This document shows positions 41,864 through 54,727 of a stretch of DNA of 64,000 nt, one piece after another. Source of the DNA: Eledone cirrhosa (lineage: Eukaryota); the NCBI GenBank assembly GCA_964016885.1, contig OZ024741.1:305102001-305166000 (forward strand), written 5' to 3'. The first letter of the stretch is position 1. Each line of letters begins with the position of its first letter. A program made the translations under genes and the position numbers. A model generated the notes under the pieces. It did no database searches. It worked only from the letters and a program-made list of their open reading frames with translations, and was not told the DNA's origin.

Positions 41864-44357
41864 TCATCATCATCATTTTACATCTGCTTTTCCCTGCTTG
41901 CAAGAGTGGGACGGGCAGCACAGTATCTCTCCATTCATCATGGTCTCTCGTCGTCTCTTCTGTGAGCTTCAGTGATATGAAGTCAGCTCTCACCACCTCT
42001 GCCCATGTTTTTTGTGGTCTTACTCTACTGCATCTTCCTTCCACTGGGATTTCTTGGCACTTCTTCACCCAGCACTCATCTTCCATGCGCATCACATGGC
42101 ATACCAACACAGTCTTCTCTCCTGCACACTACAGTTTATCCCTCTTATACACAGTTTCAATCTCAACTTGTCTATGCTTGGTCGTTCATGCACATTCATT
42201 AACATTGCATATCCATTGGAACATGCTTGCTTCATTTCTCTCCAGCCTTCGCATATCCTCCACAGTTGTTGCCCATGTCTCACTACCATGCAGCATCGTG
42301 TATCTCTTCACACAGGCATCATACAACCGACCTTTCGTTCATAGGGAGAAACGCTTCGTTGGTAACAGAAGTAGCTCCCTAAACTTCTTCCATCCTGTTC
42401 TTATTCTAGATACTATGGCCTCGGAGCATCCTCCTCCATTGTTAGTCTGATCACCTAGATATCAGAAGCTATCAACCACTGCTATAGATCCTACCTGCAT
42501 TTGAAAAATGTGCCTATCACTGACACTTCTACTATCAATTTTCCCTGAATATCTACTACATATGAAGTTTTCCATTCCTGTTAGTTTACCTGCAATCCCA
42601 CTACATCTCTTGTGTACCCAAGATCTGCATTGTGTACTTTCTATAGAGTTTATGCCAACTCATTTTCTACATATCGAGCATGGCCATTTCCCTGATGAAA
42701 TCAGAGTCTTATCCTCTTTCCTACTTATCAACACTTCAGTCTTTGCTAGGTTCACTCTCAGTCCCCTTGATTCCAACTGCCGTTTCCACAGCTGGAATTT
42801 ATTCTCCAGCTTCTCTACTGATTCTGTTATAAGTACCAAATCATCAGCATAGAAAAGTTCCCATGGGCAACCAGTCTTAAACTCCTCTGTTATGTCTTGG
42901 AGAACTATAATGAATAAAAGTGGGCTGAGGACTGAACCCTGATGAATTCCTACTTGTATCTGGAATTCCTCACTAAACTCCATTCCTACTCTCACTTTAC
43001 TGACAGCTCCTCTGAAATATAGCTTCCACTATCCTCACAAGCCATTCCTCTACACATAGTTTCCTTAGGGGCCACCAGATGGCAGATCAGGGTACTCTAT
43101 CAAAGGCCCTCTCTAGGTCAACAAAAGCTAAACATAGTGGCTTATTCTTCTCTAAGAACCTCTCTTGTAGTTGTCTCACTAAGAGGGCATCTGTTGTACT
43201 TTTCCCAGGCAAAAAACCAAACTGCATGTCACCTAATTTGACCCTTTCTCTAATTAGTTGTGCTAGAACTCTTTCAGTCACTTTCATAACCTTATCCATC
43301 AGTTTTATGCTTCTATAATTGCTCCTCTCCAGAGGATCCCTTTTACCTTTGTAGCAATTAACAAGAATACTGCTGCACCAGTCTTTGGGTATGATTCCGC
43401 CATATATAACTTGATTGACTATGCGTACAACCAGATTAGTTCCTACTTCTCCTGATGCCTTCAACATGTCAGCAACTATTCCTGACGGTCCAGCAGCCTT
43501 ACCACTTTTCATTTCCTTAATTGCTTCTTTGACCCTATAGTCGTCAATCTCAATAGCTGGTCCCTCTGTTGGGTCTTTTGGAGTTAGTTTCTCTCTCTCC
43601 CATTCACTCTCAATATTCATCAGTCTTTCATAATGACATTTCCAGGCCTCCTTTTTCTGAGGATCAGTGATGCTAAGTGCACCAGCATCATTTCAGATAC
43701 ATTTATCTCCAACAACAACCTGATTTACACTGACACACTGCCTTGCAATGCGAAACACCTCATGTCTCTGATCCTCTCATCACAACATTGGCAAACCTCC
43801 TACTCTCAGCTTCTCTGTGTGCTAAGTATACCTGACGTCTAGCCTCTCTTTTAGCAGCTGAGTATTGATCCCTACTACCCCACCCCATTTTTCCAATCCT
43901 TCCATGTTTGTCTTTTGTCTTTAATGGCTCTATCTACCATGCTGTTCCACCACCAAGTCACCCTCTGTCTGGTTAGAGCTTTGCTCTAGACACAAGTCTC
44001 TTCAGTTGCATGCAGAGGTTGTTGTGTAAGATATATATCTTCTATATCATACAATTCTAATTTGTCTTCTTTCTCGTCATACACATCTTGTAGGGCTTCC
44101 TAAATTTATATTTAAGTGAAAGGTCCTTTAGCTTCTAGACCTTCCTTTTCCATACCTTCCTGTGTGTCTCATTCTGTCTCTTGCTTATTGAGATGTCACT
44201 AATGACTAACCTATGTTGGGGGCTACATTCTTCCCCAAGATATGCTTTAGTATTTGTAATCATTTGTCTGTCTCGTTGCCTAACTAGCAAGAAGTCAATC
44301 TGGCTTATGTGCTAGCCTGATTGGTAGGTGATTAGGTAATTGGCAGGTTTCCTGAAT
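41864..44357 (-). mobile_element. RTE-clade LINE, decayed (end of endonuclease region, RT, PHD-type finger, (GAT)n tail)
   Basis: MKSGKAAGPSG...NYRSIKL...QFGF...DLERAFDRVP; GIHQGSVLSPLLF; FYADDL; WPCSICRK. Confidence 0.92.
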
Positions 44358-44359
44358 TG

Positions 44360-45028
44360 TCTAGTCAGATGAAAAGATTTTCATTGTTGAGCAGGCACAC
44401 AGTCACAAGAAATGATCGAGTCATTGGAAAAAATGCATTAGCAATCAGTGTTGACCAAAAATCTGTATTCTATTCAATGAAACCAGATTCTGTTATGGTC
44501 TTAGGCGCGGTTTCATCATCTTGGAAGTCTCCTCTCATTTTTGTGGAAGAAAGGACAAAAATCAGTTTCCAATTTTACATAAACGGTATTCTGGAGCCTA
44601 TGCCTGCTTCTGCAACTAATCATTTTGGCAATGATTACCTGTGGACCTTCCAATAGGATGGAGCCACCTCCCATACAGCAAATGTCACACAAGCTTGGTG
44701 CAGAGACCATCTTTTGAGGTTCTGGTCAAAAGAAATTTGGCCTTCTTGTTTGCCTGATTTGAACCCTATGGACTTTTCAGTATAGCCTATCTTTGAAGAA
44801 AAAGCCTGTTCAAAATCCATAAGACAGTCAATGACTTAAAGGCATCTTTACTGAGCGCTTGGGAAGAAATTACCCACAAAATGTAGCATGCTTTGGTGAA
44901 AGATTACTCTATGCATTATATTCTAAAGATATTTATGTATGATTACATATATGTTGCTGGTCAATAAAGTTACTAGTTTTATTATTAAAAGCATTTTTAT
45001 TTGCTTCCTAACTTATGCCCCACCCTAT
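44360..45028 (+). mobile_element. DD37D (maT-type) Tc1/mariner transposase remnant
   Basis: SVMVLGAVS..KSPLIFVE..KI...FQ*DGATSH...WPSCLPDLNPMDFSV; 37 residues counted between the second and third catalytic Asp. Confidence 0.8.
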
Positions 45029-46867
45029 ATCATCATCATCACCATTTTACGTCCATTCTTCCACGCTAGCATGGGTTAGACGGGTTGTCCTGTTGTGGGC
45101 AATGCCAGGTCAGGTGACCATGTCTTGCTCATACAGAACTGATTTGGGCTTGATTTCTACAGCTGGATGCCCTTCCTAACACCAACCTCATTTACAGTGA
45201 GTACTGGGTGCCTTTTTACTGAGGCGCCTACACGACCACTTTACAGTGTGGACTGGGTGCTTTTTTTGTAGTAACACACCGACACGACCACTTTACAGTG
45301 GGAGGGGGGATACTGTCTATATGCTTCAGCTTTGGCTTGTACCAGTGGGAAGTGGGTCATCTGTATTAATACGTAACGTCAGAGATCATTGCTTTTGAGA
45401 GGTGCAATTGGGCGAGGTCAGCTTTTATCACCTCATCCCAGGTCCTCTTGGGTCTCCCCACTCCAAGGTTTCCATTGACTTTTAGTGCTCTGTATCTTTT
45501 TATGCAGCTGTCATCCTTCATATGCATCACATGTCCATACCAACATAACCTTCTCTCCTGCACACATCATTTGATTCCTCTTATGCTTAGTCTCTCTCTT
45601 AACCCTTTAGCATTTACATTACTCTATATATACTACTGTATTTTTGCAGAAAAGGTTTTAATCTTACATAATATTTCACATAATATTGAATCTATGAGAT
45701 TTTGATATTATTTATTTTGAGATCAATACCTTAACATAAGTATGAGCAGCCAATTATGGCTAGTTTGAACAGAATAAAATGAGAGAATTCTGGCTGGATA
45801 CAGCCAGTTTAAATGTTAAAGGGTTCATTCATTTATGCCTTGCCATTCGCATATATTACTATTACACACCCATCGGAGCATGCAAGCTTCGTTTCTTTCT
45901 AATCTACGCAAGTCATCTGCACACAATGCTCAGGTATCACTATCATGTAACATTGCTGTTCGTATGCATGCATCATAGTCTGCCTTTCATTTTGAGGGAA
46001 AAGCCTTTGGCAGCTAGCAGTGGTAGTAGCCCCATGAACTTCTTCCATCCCGTTCTTACTCTGGTTACTGTACTTTCAGAACACACACCTCCGCTGTTAA
46101 TTCGGTCACCTAGGTAGCAGAAGCTGTCTACTGTTTCTACAGAGCCCTCCCAGAATTTGGTAGTGCTTGTTTCTTGTGGCCGTTTGCTGCTTACTGTCCA
46201 GGTGCAATTGCTACATGTAAAGCCTACATTCTTAACTAAACTTCCTGAGATCCCACTACATCTCGTGTACTCATAGTTTGCATTTGGGGCAGAGGATGGA
46301 ATTTCTACATACACCTTTCCCACATACTGAGCAAGGCCATTTCCCTGAAGGAAGCTATGTTCTGTTTTCTCGTCTACTTACGACCTTAGTCTTTGTCAGG
46401 TTGATTTTGAGACCTCTTCTTTCTAGGCCCTGCTTCCATGTTTGGAATTTCTTCTCTAATTCCACCATAAATTCAGCTATAAGTGTAAGATCATCCTCAT
46501 ACAGGAGTTCCCATGGGCATCCGGTCTTAAACTACTCTGTTATAGCCTGCAATACGATAATAAATAGGAGAGGGCTAAGAACAGAGCCTAGTGTACACCA
46601 ACCTGTATGCTAAATTCCTCACTATAGTCATTGTTAATCCTAACTTTATTGACTGCTCCCCTATACATGGCTTGTTCAGCCTTTGCAAGCCATTCATCTA
46701 CTCCTAGATTATAGCATGGGGCACTCTGTCGAAGGCTTTTTCCAGATTGACAAATGCCAGGTAGGGCAGCTTACTTTTAGCTAGGTACTTTTCCTGTAAC
46801 TGCCTCACAAGGAAGAGAGCATCAGTGGTGCTTTTGGCTGGCACAAACCCAAACTGTATCTCATTTA

Positions 46868-46868
<1 letters not shown>
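45029..46868 (-). mobile_element. RTE-clade LINE, 5'-truncated, decayed, interrupted by a TTAA MITE
   Basis: Colinear with 25719-27629 (RVRTGWKKF..LLPLLAAKGFSLKMKGRL; ERRLCWYGHVMHM...GRPKRTW). Confidence 0.9.
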
Positions 46869-46943
<75 letters not shown>

Positions 46944-49260
46944 TAAATGAGATACAGTTATATATATATATTAACATATATGTATACATGTATATATTTT
47001 TGAGGCAATATTTTACAACTTGATGCTCTTCCTGATACAAACTCTTTTAGTCACTTCTTAATGGCATGCAGGGATACTGTGTATCTATTCTAAACTGGAT
47101 AAATATGAAATGCATTAATTACATAGATATTTAATCCTTAAAAAGATATAAAAAAGAAGGGAAGAGCAGACGTAAAATGATGATATTGATGATAAGAACA
47201 ATATTTTCCATATAAAAATAAAAGCTTCTCTCTAATATAACTCGAGAAATTCTTTTATTCCTATTTGGTGCTATATAATCAGACATTGAAATTGGTCTTC
47301 ATCACCCTCATCGTTTAACGTCCGTTTTCCTCCCTAGAATTGGACAAGTCATCACAGACAGGTAAGTACTCAAGCGAACTTACTGACCTCTAGGTTGACT
47401 GGGGTCTGGACAGATGAACCGCGTTCTCCCGAATCCAATCTACCATGTCACCAACAATAGAGGTTGTCGTGTCTTTGACACCGCAGAAAAGTTCCCATAG
47501 CCCTTTGTTTGGCAGGTTATCTATAGCTGGATGTCTTTCCAATTTAAAATGAATAACAGGACAATCACAAGACATAGACATAAACGCACACACACATATA
47601 CACACAATCACAAATCCATATTGTATTAAATATTACGCTGCATTTCATACGGTTTTATCTCACAAACAATAGTCCCCAAACCTGTATTTAAATGTATCTA
47701 GCATAAATAAAGAGTACATTGTATTTAATTTAAGCATTTGCCAGGTAGGCTATAAATATTCCTTTTTGTTTGGTTTGGTTTTCTGAGGGGTTTTTCATCC
47801 TCTCTCCTCAAATATATAATACAATGAATAAAACAAAAATATAAGGGGTCATTTATCGATAATATATGAAAAATAAGGACGGTAAAATAATAAAACTATT
47901 TAGTAAGCTATTTCAGATATTTCATCCGTCGTAATAATTGACTCGGATAAAGATAATTCACTTGTTAAGCGTCAAACTTTCGACAGCGATTTTATTCATA
48001 AACAATAAATACAAAGAAAGAACTGTTGGGAACAAGATAGGGAGTCATGACGTTTCAATCAGCTGGTGGTCCTTGCATCTAAGCTTTGTGCATTATATTT
48101 GTGAGGTTCCTAGCACTAATTAATTGTATTTATTATTTGAGTTTATATTTTCATTCTGTAAGAATTATAAAAAAATTGTAATGTTATTTACACAACTGTG
48201 AATAATAAAAATCATAATAAAAATCATAAACATAGAAATTTTAAAATATCTAAATAACGTAAATTATATCATTATGATTTACTCTTGTTGTCGAGATATT
48301 AGACAGTTGATTGATTGTGTATCGACCTCATACTTGACTGGTATTTATTTTGCCAACGAATTAGTCCCCATGCGGCACTATAGAAAAACATGGATCCCAG
48401 TCTGACTCGGCTGCAGCCAGGAGCCCCATAATATTCAAAAAGCCTTCATATTATGGGGGAGGAGGGCCACCGTAAATAAAAAGACCACGATAAAATGTTC
48501 AGCCAGGGGCCCTATTTAAGCTTAATCGACTCCCACCCCGATCTCGTAATGTTGGGCAATCAAAGAGTATTTTGTTGGCAAAATAATTACTAGTCTAGTC
48601 CTGGGTCAATATATTCGACAATTCCTCCATAAAATTTTTGCTTTGTGCCCATGTTTATTGAATCCATGTGGGTATTTATTACATTGCTGCTATTTATCCA
48701 GTTGACTCTCGGTAGGATGTAAAATTAAGTCAACTCCGGTGATATCTGAACTAGAAACTACGTGACGCGAAACACTATCTCATAATTAACCGTCTCAACC
48801 AATAATAACAATAATTTCACATTTTGACAACAAGCCCAAGAATTTGCAGTGGGACGTTATAAGTAATTGGTTTGGTACCCGAATGTCTGATATACTGATT
48901 CGAAAGGGTGGAAAACAAAGTCAACTCAGATATTTGAACTTAAAACGTATATGGAAGAAATTAAATAAACACCGTAAGATTTCCGTTAAACCACCAGCTC
49001 ATATTGGCCAATAACAACAACAACAAAGCATGACTCATTAAATAGGACAAATCAATAAGCACTGATGTATCGCTATATTTAAAGATTTAAGAGTAGCTGT
49101 TAAATAAATACAAACAAACTGAAAGATCATATGAAAAATCTTGTAAACAGAAGGGTGTAACCTGTTAGATATAAAAAAATATTCCGAAATTAGTAGTTTT
49201 AACTAGAACAATTTACATATTAAGCGAGAGATTTGATGTTTCCGGGATGAAATCACAAAC

Positions 49261-49361
49261 CTGATTATCTTGCGACTTATTTGGTCCGTGGTAGATCCAT
49301 GAAGTTCAAAAGTTACAGCTGTTGTAGCTTTTAATGGATTTCGATGGAACCAGTACGCCAT
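49261..49361 (-). CDS. BROX: BROX coding exon 1 (BRO1 domain and CAAX motif containing protein; 11 exons total 1263 nt, 420 aa)
   Basis: CAAAATGG start; MAYWFHRNPLKATTAVTFELHG matches the BROX N-terminus (human MTHWFHRNPLKAT); AG|GTTTGT donor; all exon phases compatible. Confidence 0.95.
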
Positions 49362-49924
49362 TTTGTCTGGTTTGACACAAAAGCGATAGACAAATCAGGG
49401 GACGTAACTTTCCTCTAAATGCATTTTTTAAATTTGTTTTGCAAGGTTTTTGATTTGAAATCGTGTGCTGAAACAAATATTATTATATTTGGGGAGGGTC
49501 ATATTGTTATAATATTGTAGGACATAATAATAAAACACACTCACTGTTTGGTTTTTGCTTCTGTATATTTTATATCCCTATAGATAATTCAGATGGGTTT
49601 TTTTTTTAATGAATTTCTTAAAAAGTTTTTAAAATTTGCAATATCGGTTTTATTTTTGTCCTTATTTTATCGTCAATAACCATTTCAGTTCAGCTTACTG
49701 GATATTGTTTTTCCGTTATTTTTCCCATTGCCTTTGTCCTGTACACCTCTATTTTAAATTTATACACACACACACACATAAATCATCATCATTCAGAGTG
49801 TGAACTTAGAGCTGGGATGGGGGAGGAGAAGTACGTCTAGTGTGGGGGACTAAGCTGGTGAAGGGTGGGGGTGTTAAGATGAGGGTGAAGGGTGGAATAG
49901 TTTTACGTACATACAATCTGCCCG

Positions 49925-50277
49925 CCATTTTGGGGTAAAAACCTTTTGTAGTTAGCAGTGGTAATAGCTCCCTGAACTTTCTCATATTGCGTTCTCACTC
50001 TAGCTACTGTACTTTTGGAACACCCACCTTCACTGCTAATTTGGTCACCCAGGTAACAGAAACTATCAACTATTTCTATGGTGTGATCTGGACATTTAAA
50101 GGAGCTAGTATCTTGTGAGCTCTTGCTAATTACTGAATCTGTGCATCACCCACATATAAAACCTGCATTCTTTGCTTGCCAGCCTAAGACCCCACTGCAT
50201 CTTTTGTGCACCCATAGTTTGCATTTGGGACATAGGAATTGGATGTCTACCTACTTCTTTCTTGCACACTGAGCAAG
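49925..50277 (-). mobile_element. RTE LINE internal fragment (PHD-finger region)
   Basis: Similar to 26520-26890: CSVCKK...CPKCKLWVHKRC...YLGDQISS. Confidence 0.8.
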
Positions 50278-50709
50278 GTTAAGTCTTTGTTGTAGTATTG
50301 AATTTAATAATATGTATAACATAGACTAACTTATTTTAGTTGGTCTGACTTATACTCCTCTAAATTGAGATTTTGGCATAAGTTTAATGTTAAATTACTT
50401 CTCTGAGGGATATTTTATCCATTCATTGAGATGTCTAAGTATTAGAGACAAATAAATTTTTAATTAATATGTATCAACACTTTCATCAAATAGGACCGAG
50501 GAAACAATGTGAATACTTTCTACTGGTCGCAACTCCAGGTAGAAGGAGCAACGTGAAATAAAGTGTCTTGCTCAAGGACATAACGCATCACTTGGTCCGG
50601 GAATTGAATTCACAACCAATTGCGAATCCAATTCTGTAACCACTCAGCCACGTGCCTTCACAAACATATATATATATAAAACAATTTTTATTATAGCTAA
50701 GTGATGAGT

Positions 50710-50758
50710 CTTGTTACTCAGGAGTTTCACCTGTCTACTCACAGGATCATCAGACAAG
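50710..50758 (-). ncRNA. Type I hammerhead ribozyme motif, best-formed in the window
   Basis: CTTGT CTGATGA t CCTGT gagtag ACAGG t GAAAC TC ct GA GTA ACAAG: 5-bp stem I, 5-bp stem II, 4-bp stem III, GUA site. Confidence 0.75.
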
Positions 50759-50759
50759 T

Positions 50760-51020
50760 CGTTTGCAGTTCAGCATGTTGTTTACATAGTCATGTGGTCT
50801 ACCAGGTCATTTGCAGTTCAGTATACAGTCTAGCTGGTCATTTAGACTTTAGCATGTGGTTTACTTGCACATTTACAGTTTAGTATGCAGTCTACCTGGT
50901 TATTTATGCTTTAGTGTGTGCAATCTAACTAATTATGTGCACTACACCATGAAGTCTATTTGGTCATTTACACTTCAGCATGCAGTGCACCTGGTCATAT
51001 ACAGTTCAGTATGCAGTCTA
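50760..51020. repeat. Diverged ~33-bp tandem repeat (TTTACAGTTCAGTATGCAGTCTACCTGGTCA-like), ~8 units
   Basis: Direct reading. Confidence 0.7.
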
Positions 51021-51749
51021 CTTCAACTACAAAAACTAACCCTAACCCAGTTGAATGTCAGTTTATTTCACAGGTTTGGTTGTCAGAATAGATCTTGGAA
51101 ATATTTATTGCTGTGTCTTATACTATTAGCTTACAACAAACAAATGACCAGATATCTATATTTTTATATGAGATACCAGTTGATATAGCATGACCGAATA
51201 TTTAACCCTTTAGTGTACAAACCGGCCAGAATTCTCTACCTATTTCTGTTGGAACTGGCTGTAACTGGTTGCTCAAACTGATGTTAAGGTATTGTTCTCA
51301 AAATAAAAACTTTCAAAATCTCATAGATTCGATATTATGTGAGGTAAAGCCTTTACCATGAAAATATAATAGTATATATAAAATAATGTGAATGCTAAAG
51401 GGTTAAGGAGTTTTTTTCACAAGAATTAGGCCCCCAGTTAGATCTCACTGTATGATATCTTGGATAAATGTTATTTGCCATAGCCTCAGGATGACACATG
51501 CTTTGTAAGTGAATTTGGGTGGGAAGAAAGTGCTTGGAAGCTTGTCTGATAAACTGTACTGGCATTTCAACATGCCAGCTTTGTCACACATTGCATTACA
51601 TGGAATCTCCCTAAGAACTATGTTAAAGGTACATATGTCTGTGGAATGCTCAGCCACTTACATGTTAATTTCTTGAGCAGGCTGTTCTGTTGATTAAACA
51701 ACTGGAACACACATTGTCAAATCTGACAGAGGACCATCTTTCCTGCTTT

Positions 51750-52627
51750 CCTATTGAGATGCTAATAAAACTGTGGTGGAAAGGTTGGTGGTATTTTTGA
51801 CTCTTGGACACCTCAAATACTGAGGAGCCATCATATTAGTGAAATAGGTTTTAGGAACTAGGTGCATACTAAGGTCCACAATGCTGGGGATGGAGGGTGA
51901 AGACGCTAAGCATCACCGCCAACAACAACCTGTGTACAACCCACATTTCATCACTGCACTATATCTTTGTTGATCTTAACAGATGTGACTGTAAGAATAG
52001 AGTACTGTTTGTAAATAAACAAGTTAGATGTGCATAAGCACTTTTTTGTAGATGGGAGATTGACAAATTGTGATGATTGATGGGACCTTGAGGGTGAGGG
52101 AGAGAGGACATTTTAGACCATGCTCCAATCATATTCATCCAAATAAGGAAACAGTTTACAGTTTCTTTGTGGTTGAACCCGCTCAGAGATCACAATGCAT
52201 GCAAAAATCAAAGTGAATTTCTAGATATAATTCTTTAAACTGTGACCTCCGGGGTCCTTGGTCCTTCAGGCATGATGCATTTGGGAGGAATGTATCATGC
52301 CTGAAGAAGAAACCTCTGTGTGGTGAAATGATGCAGCAGGTATCTCTGGTTGTTCTTCACAGCAATCTTTTGCCCTCTTATATATACCACCCAGCCAAGG
52401 ATGCAGAGTTTTAACATTCCCCACTTCTACTTTTTAATTTTTTCTTTTTTTTTTTACCATTCCAAATTATAAAATTTTGTACAAAAAACTTGTAATACCT
52501 TAAAGAATTTGTCAAATTAACACAAATATGCAAATTAGAATACACACATGTAAGTAATGTTTATTTTTTTTTTTTGTTTTGTTCTTTTTAAATAAAAATG
52601 GGCAATCAAATTTTGTCAGCCATGTAT
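51750..52627 (-). mobile_element. Highly decayed Tc1-like transposon (tentative)
   Basis: TA-CATGGCTGACAAAATTTG terminus-like end at 52627 and faint transposase-like translation; no intact motif. Confidence 0.3.
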
Positions 52628-53509
52628 ATGATTTCAAGACCTTGATGCTATATTCAGTGCTGGCTCTATCTTTAGACAGCTACAAAGGATGCAAACGTCA
52701 GAAGGGAGAATTACATAATGCTAAAGGATTAGAGTTTTATACAAGTTTGTATAATTAAATAAAATATATAATTTTCTGCAATAAATAAATAACTAAACAT
52801 CTTTACTGCATGTATTTTATATTTTATTTTCGAGAAAGGGGTGCATAGCTGCTAGAAGGGCGTGCACATTGCATGGCTAGTCAAAGGCTCTAAGTTACCA
52901 GAAATTGGCCTTCAGTGTATTCTTCTGCTACTCCCTGTGTCCCTAGCTGTTGCTATTGTTGTTTGGCCCAAGGTCTTAACTAGACATATACTTTGGTGAA
53001 ACAAATTTATTATTTTTAGATTACAAATTTTTTCTTCAACTACAATTTATTTACATATAAACACGGAGTATATAATGAATATGATTTAGTAAAGAAACAA
53101 ATTAATCAGTAGGAAAGAAAAAAAAGGTGTGTACACACAATTGCCCGTTACAACAAAGGGTGTTAGTGTTTGTTTCGAAATATTTTTTAGGAAAGTCATG
53201 ACACTCACGGCATTACCACAGGTAATAGTGAGGCTCAGGCGCTGGAATAGTTAAGTACATTCACGAGGAGCATTACCTAATGCTCCCTGTAAAGCAAGCC
53301 ATCAAAAATGACAAAAACCTTGTCAGCAGTCCATATATCCCGAACGTATTTTTAAAGGTTTGCATTCATGGATAAAGAACTAAATAAGTATATTGTTATA
53401 CTTTGGGAGGGTCATGTTGCCAATAAGAAACACACGCACCAGTTGCTTTCACTTCAATTTATTATAATAAATTTATAAATTTAGGAATTTATAAATTTAT
53501 AAATTTCTG

Positions 53510-54727
53510 GTTGGTTGGTTGGTTCCACAACCAGATAGTTGTTTATATATTGTCAAAGTTCTTTCGTCACACATTCTGTGACCTCATCAGTGACTGGGGA
53601 TTCTTTTCTTTGTTTTTGTGCCTCTCCTTTGTTCTGTCCTACGCCATTTTGTTTCTGTGTGTGTGTTGTGTGCTCAGTCTGCGCATGCGCCACATCCAGG
53701 TGTCTGTGTGTGTTTATATTTGTTTATTTACATGTTACCGGTTGGTTGTTTGTTCTATGTGTGTGTGTGTTTCCATTTTGTCCTTAATTGTAAGTTGTGA
53801 TGTTGCTGTTCCATTCATGTTTTCTATTTAATTTTGGTTGTAATTCTTTTATGTTTATTGCCTCTGTGATTTGTCTAAACATTGCGTCTTTTCTGTGTGT
53901 GGATTCTATTTTTATTTCTATGTTCTCTAATTTACCCTTATGTTCTATTTTAGCATGTTGGTAGAGTACAGATGATTCTTTACTATCTTGAAGGTCTCGC
54001 CAGTGTTCATTTATCCGTTCCCCTACACTACGGGCTGTCTCACCTATGTACACTATATTTTTGTCACTACATTGTCCTTCAGTACATCTTATGCTATACA
54101 CATTTCTAGTTTTACAGTTAATATGGGGGCTTATTTTACAGGTTATACATTTCTTATCTATACAGGGGGTCTTTGAAAAGGGTATGTCTTGCTAATAAGT
54201 GTTTTTACGGAGGTACCTGGTCTTTCTACTATCTTAATATTGAGTTTATGTTTATCTAGGGCCCTTCTAAATTTGTAAGCTAATTCACCTCTTGGGGTTG
54301 TATCGATGAACATTACAGTCTGGTATTTATTGCTATCATACCATGAGTTTATTCTATTAGCCTTATTCCTAGTTCTTTCTATTCTATTCCAAAATTTGCT
54401 CCTATACAAGGGGCAGGTCCTATTTGTATCATTATTTACCATTTTTTCCCATTTGGTTCTGGCTCCTCTATACACTCTAATTTTATCTCTCTGATTGTAA
54501 CCAGAGAACTGCATACGGTGGATGAAGTGTTGTATGTGTCTCTCTAGTTCTTCGGGGTTGCACATGCAGGACACGTTTCTCATCACCCGTACCAAATCCG
54601 CAATGTTGATTTTGGTATGGTCCGAAACAGCAAGTTTCGGTGGATCAGATGTTTGGAAGTCATGGGTTTAACATAATGGGAATGGAGGATTTGTTTTTTG
54701 TTATTAATGGTATCTAACCAGAGCTCT
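53510..54727 (-). mobile_element. Penelope-like retroelement 3' part: RT thumb, GIY-YIG endonuclease, pLTR with hammerhead
   Basis: HSHYVKP...RMQFSGY; YSIRC...C...VYIGETARSVGERINEH...S.LYQH...R.ITEA..I....P.LN. Confidence 0.9.
53552..53594 (-). ncRNA. Penelope pLTR hammerhead ribozyme motif
   Basis: GTCA CTGATGA g GTCACA gaatg TGTGAC GAAA G aa C TT TGAC, ~190 nt downstream of the GIY-YIG stop, same strand. Confidence 0.75.

Noticed and set aside
41710-42450. 246-aa plus-strand ORF
   Set aside because: Antisense frame of the RTE element plus microsatellite
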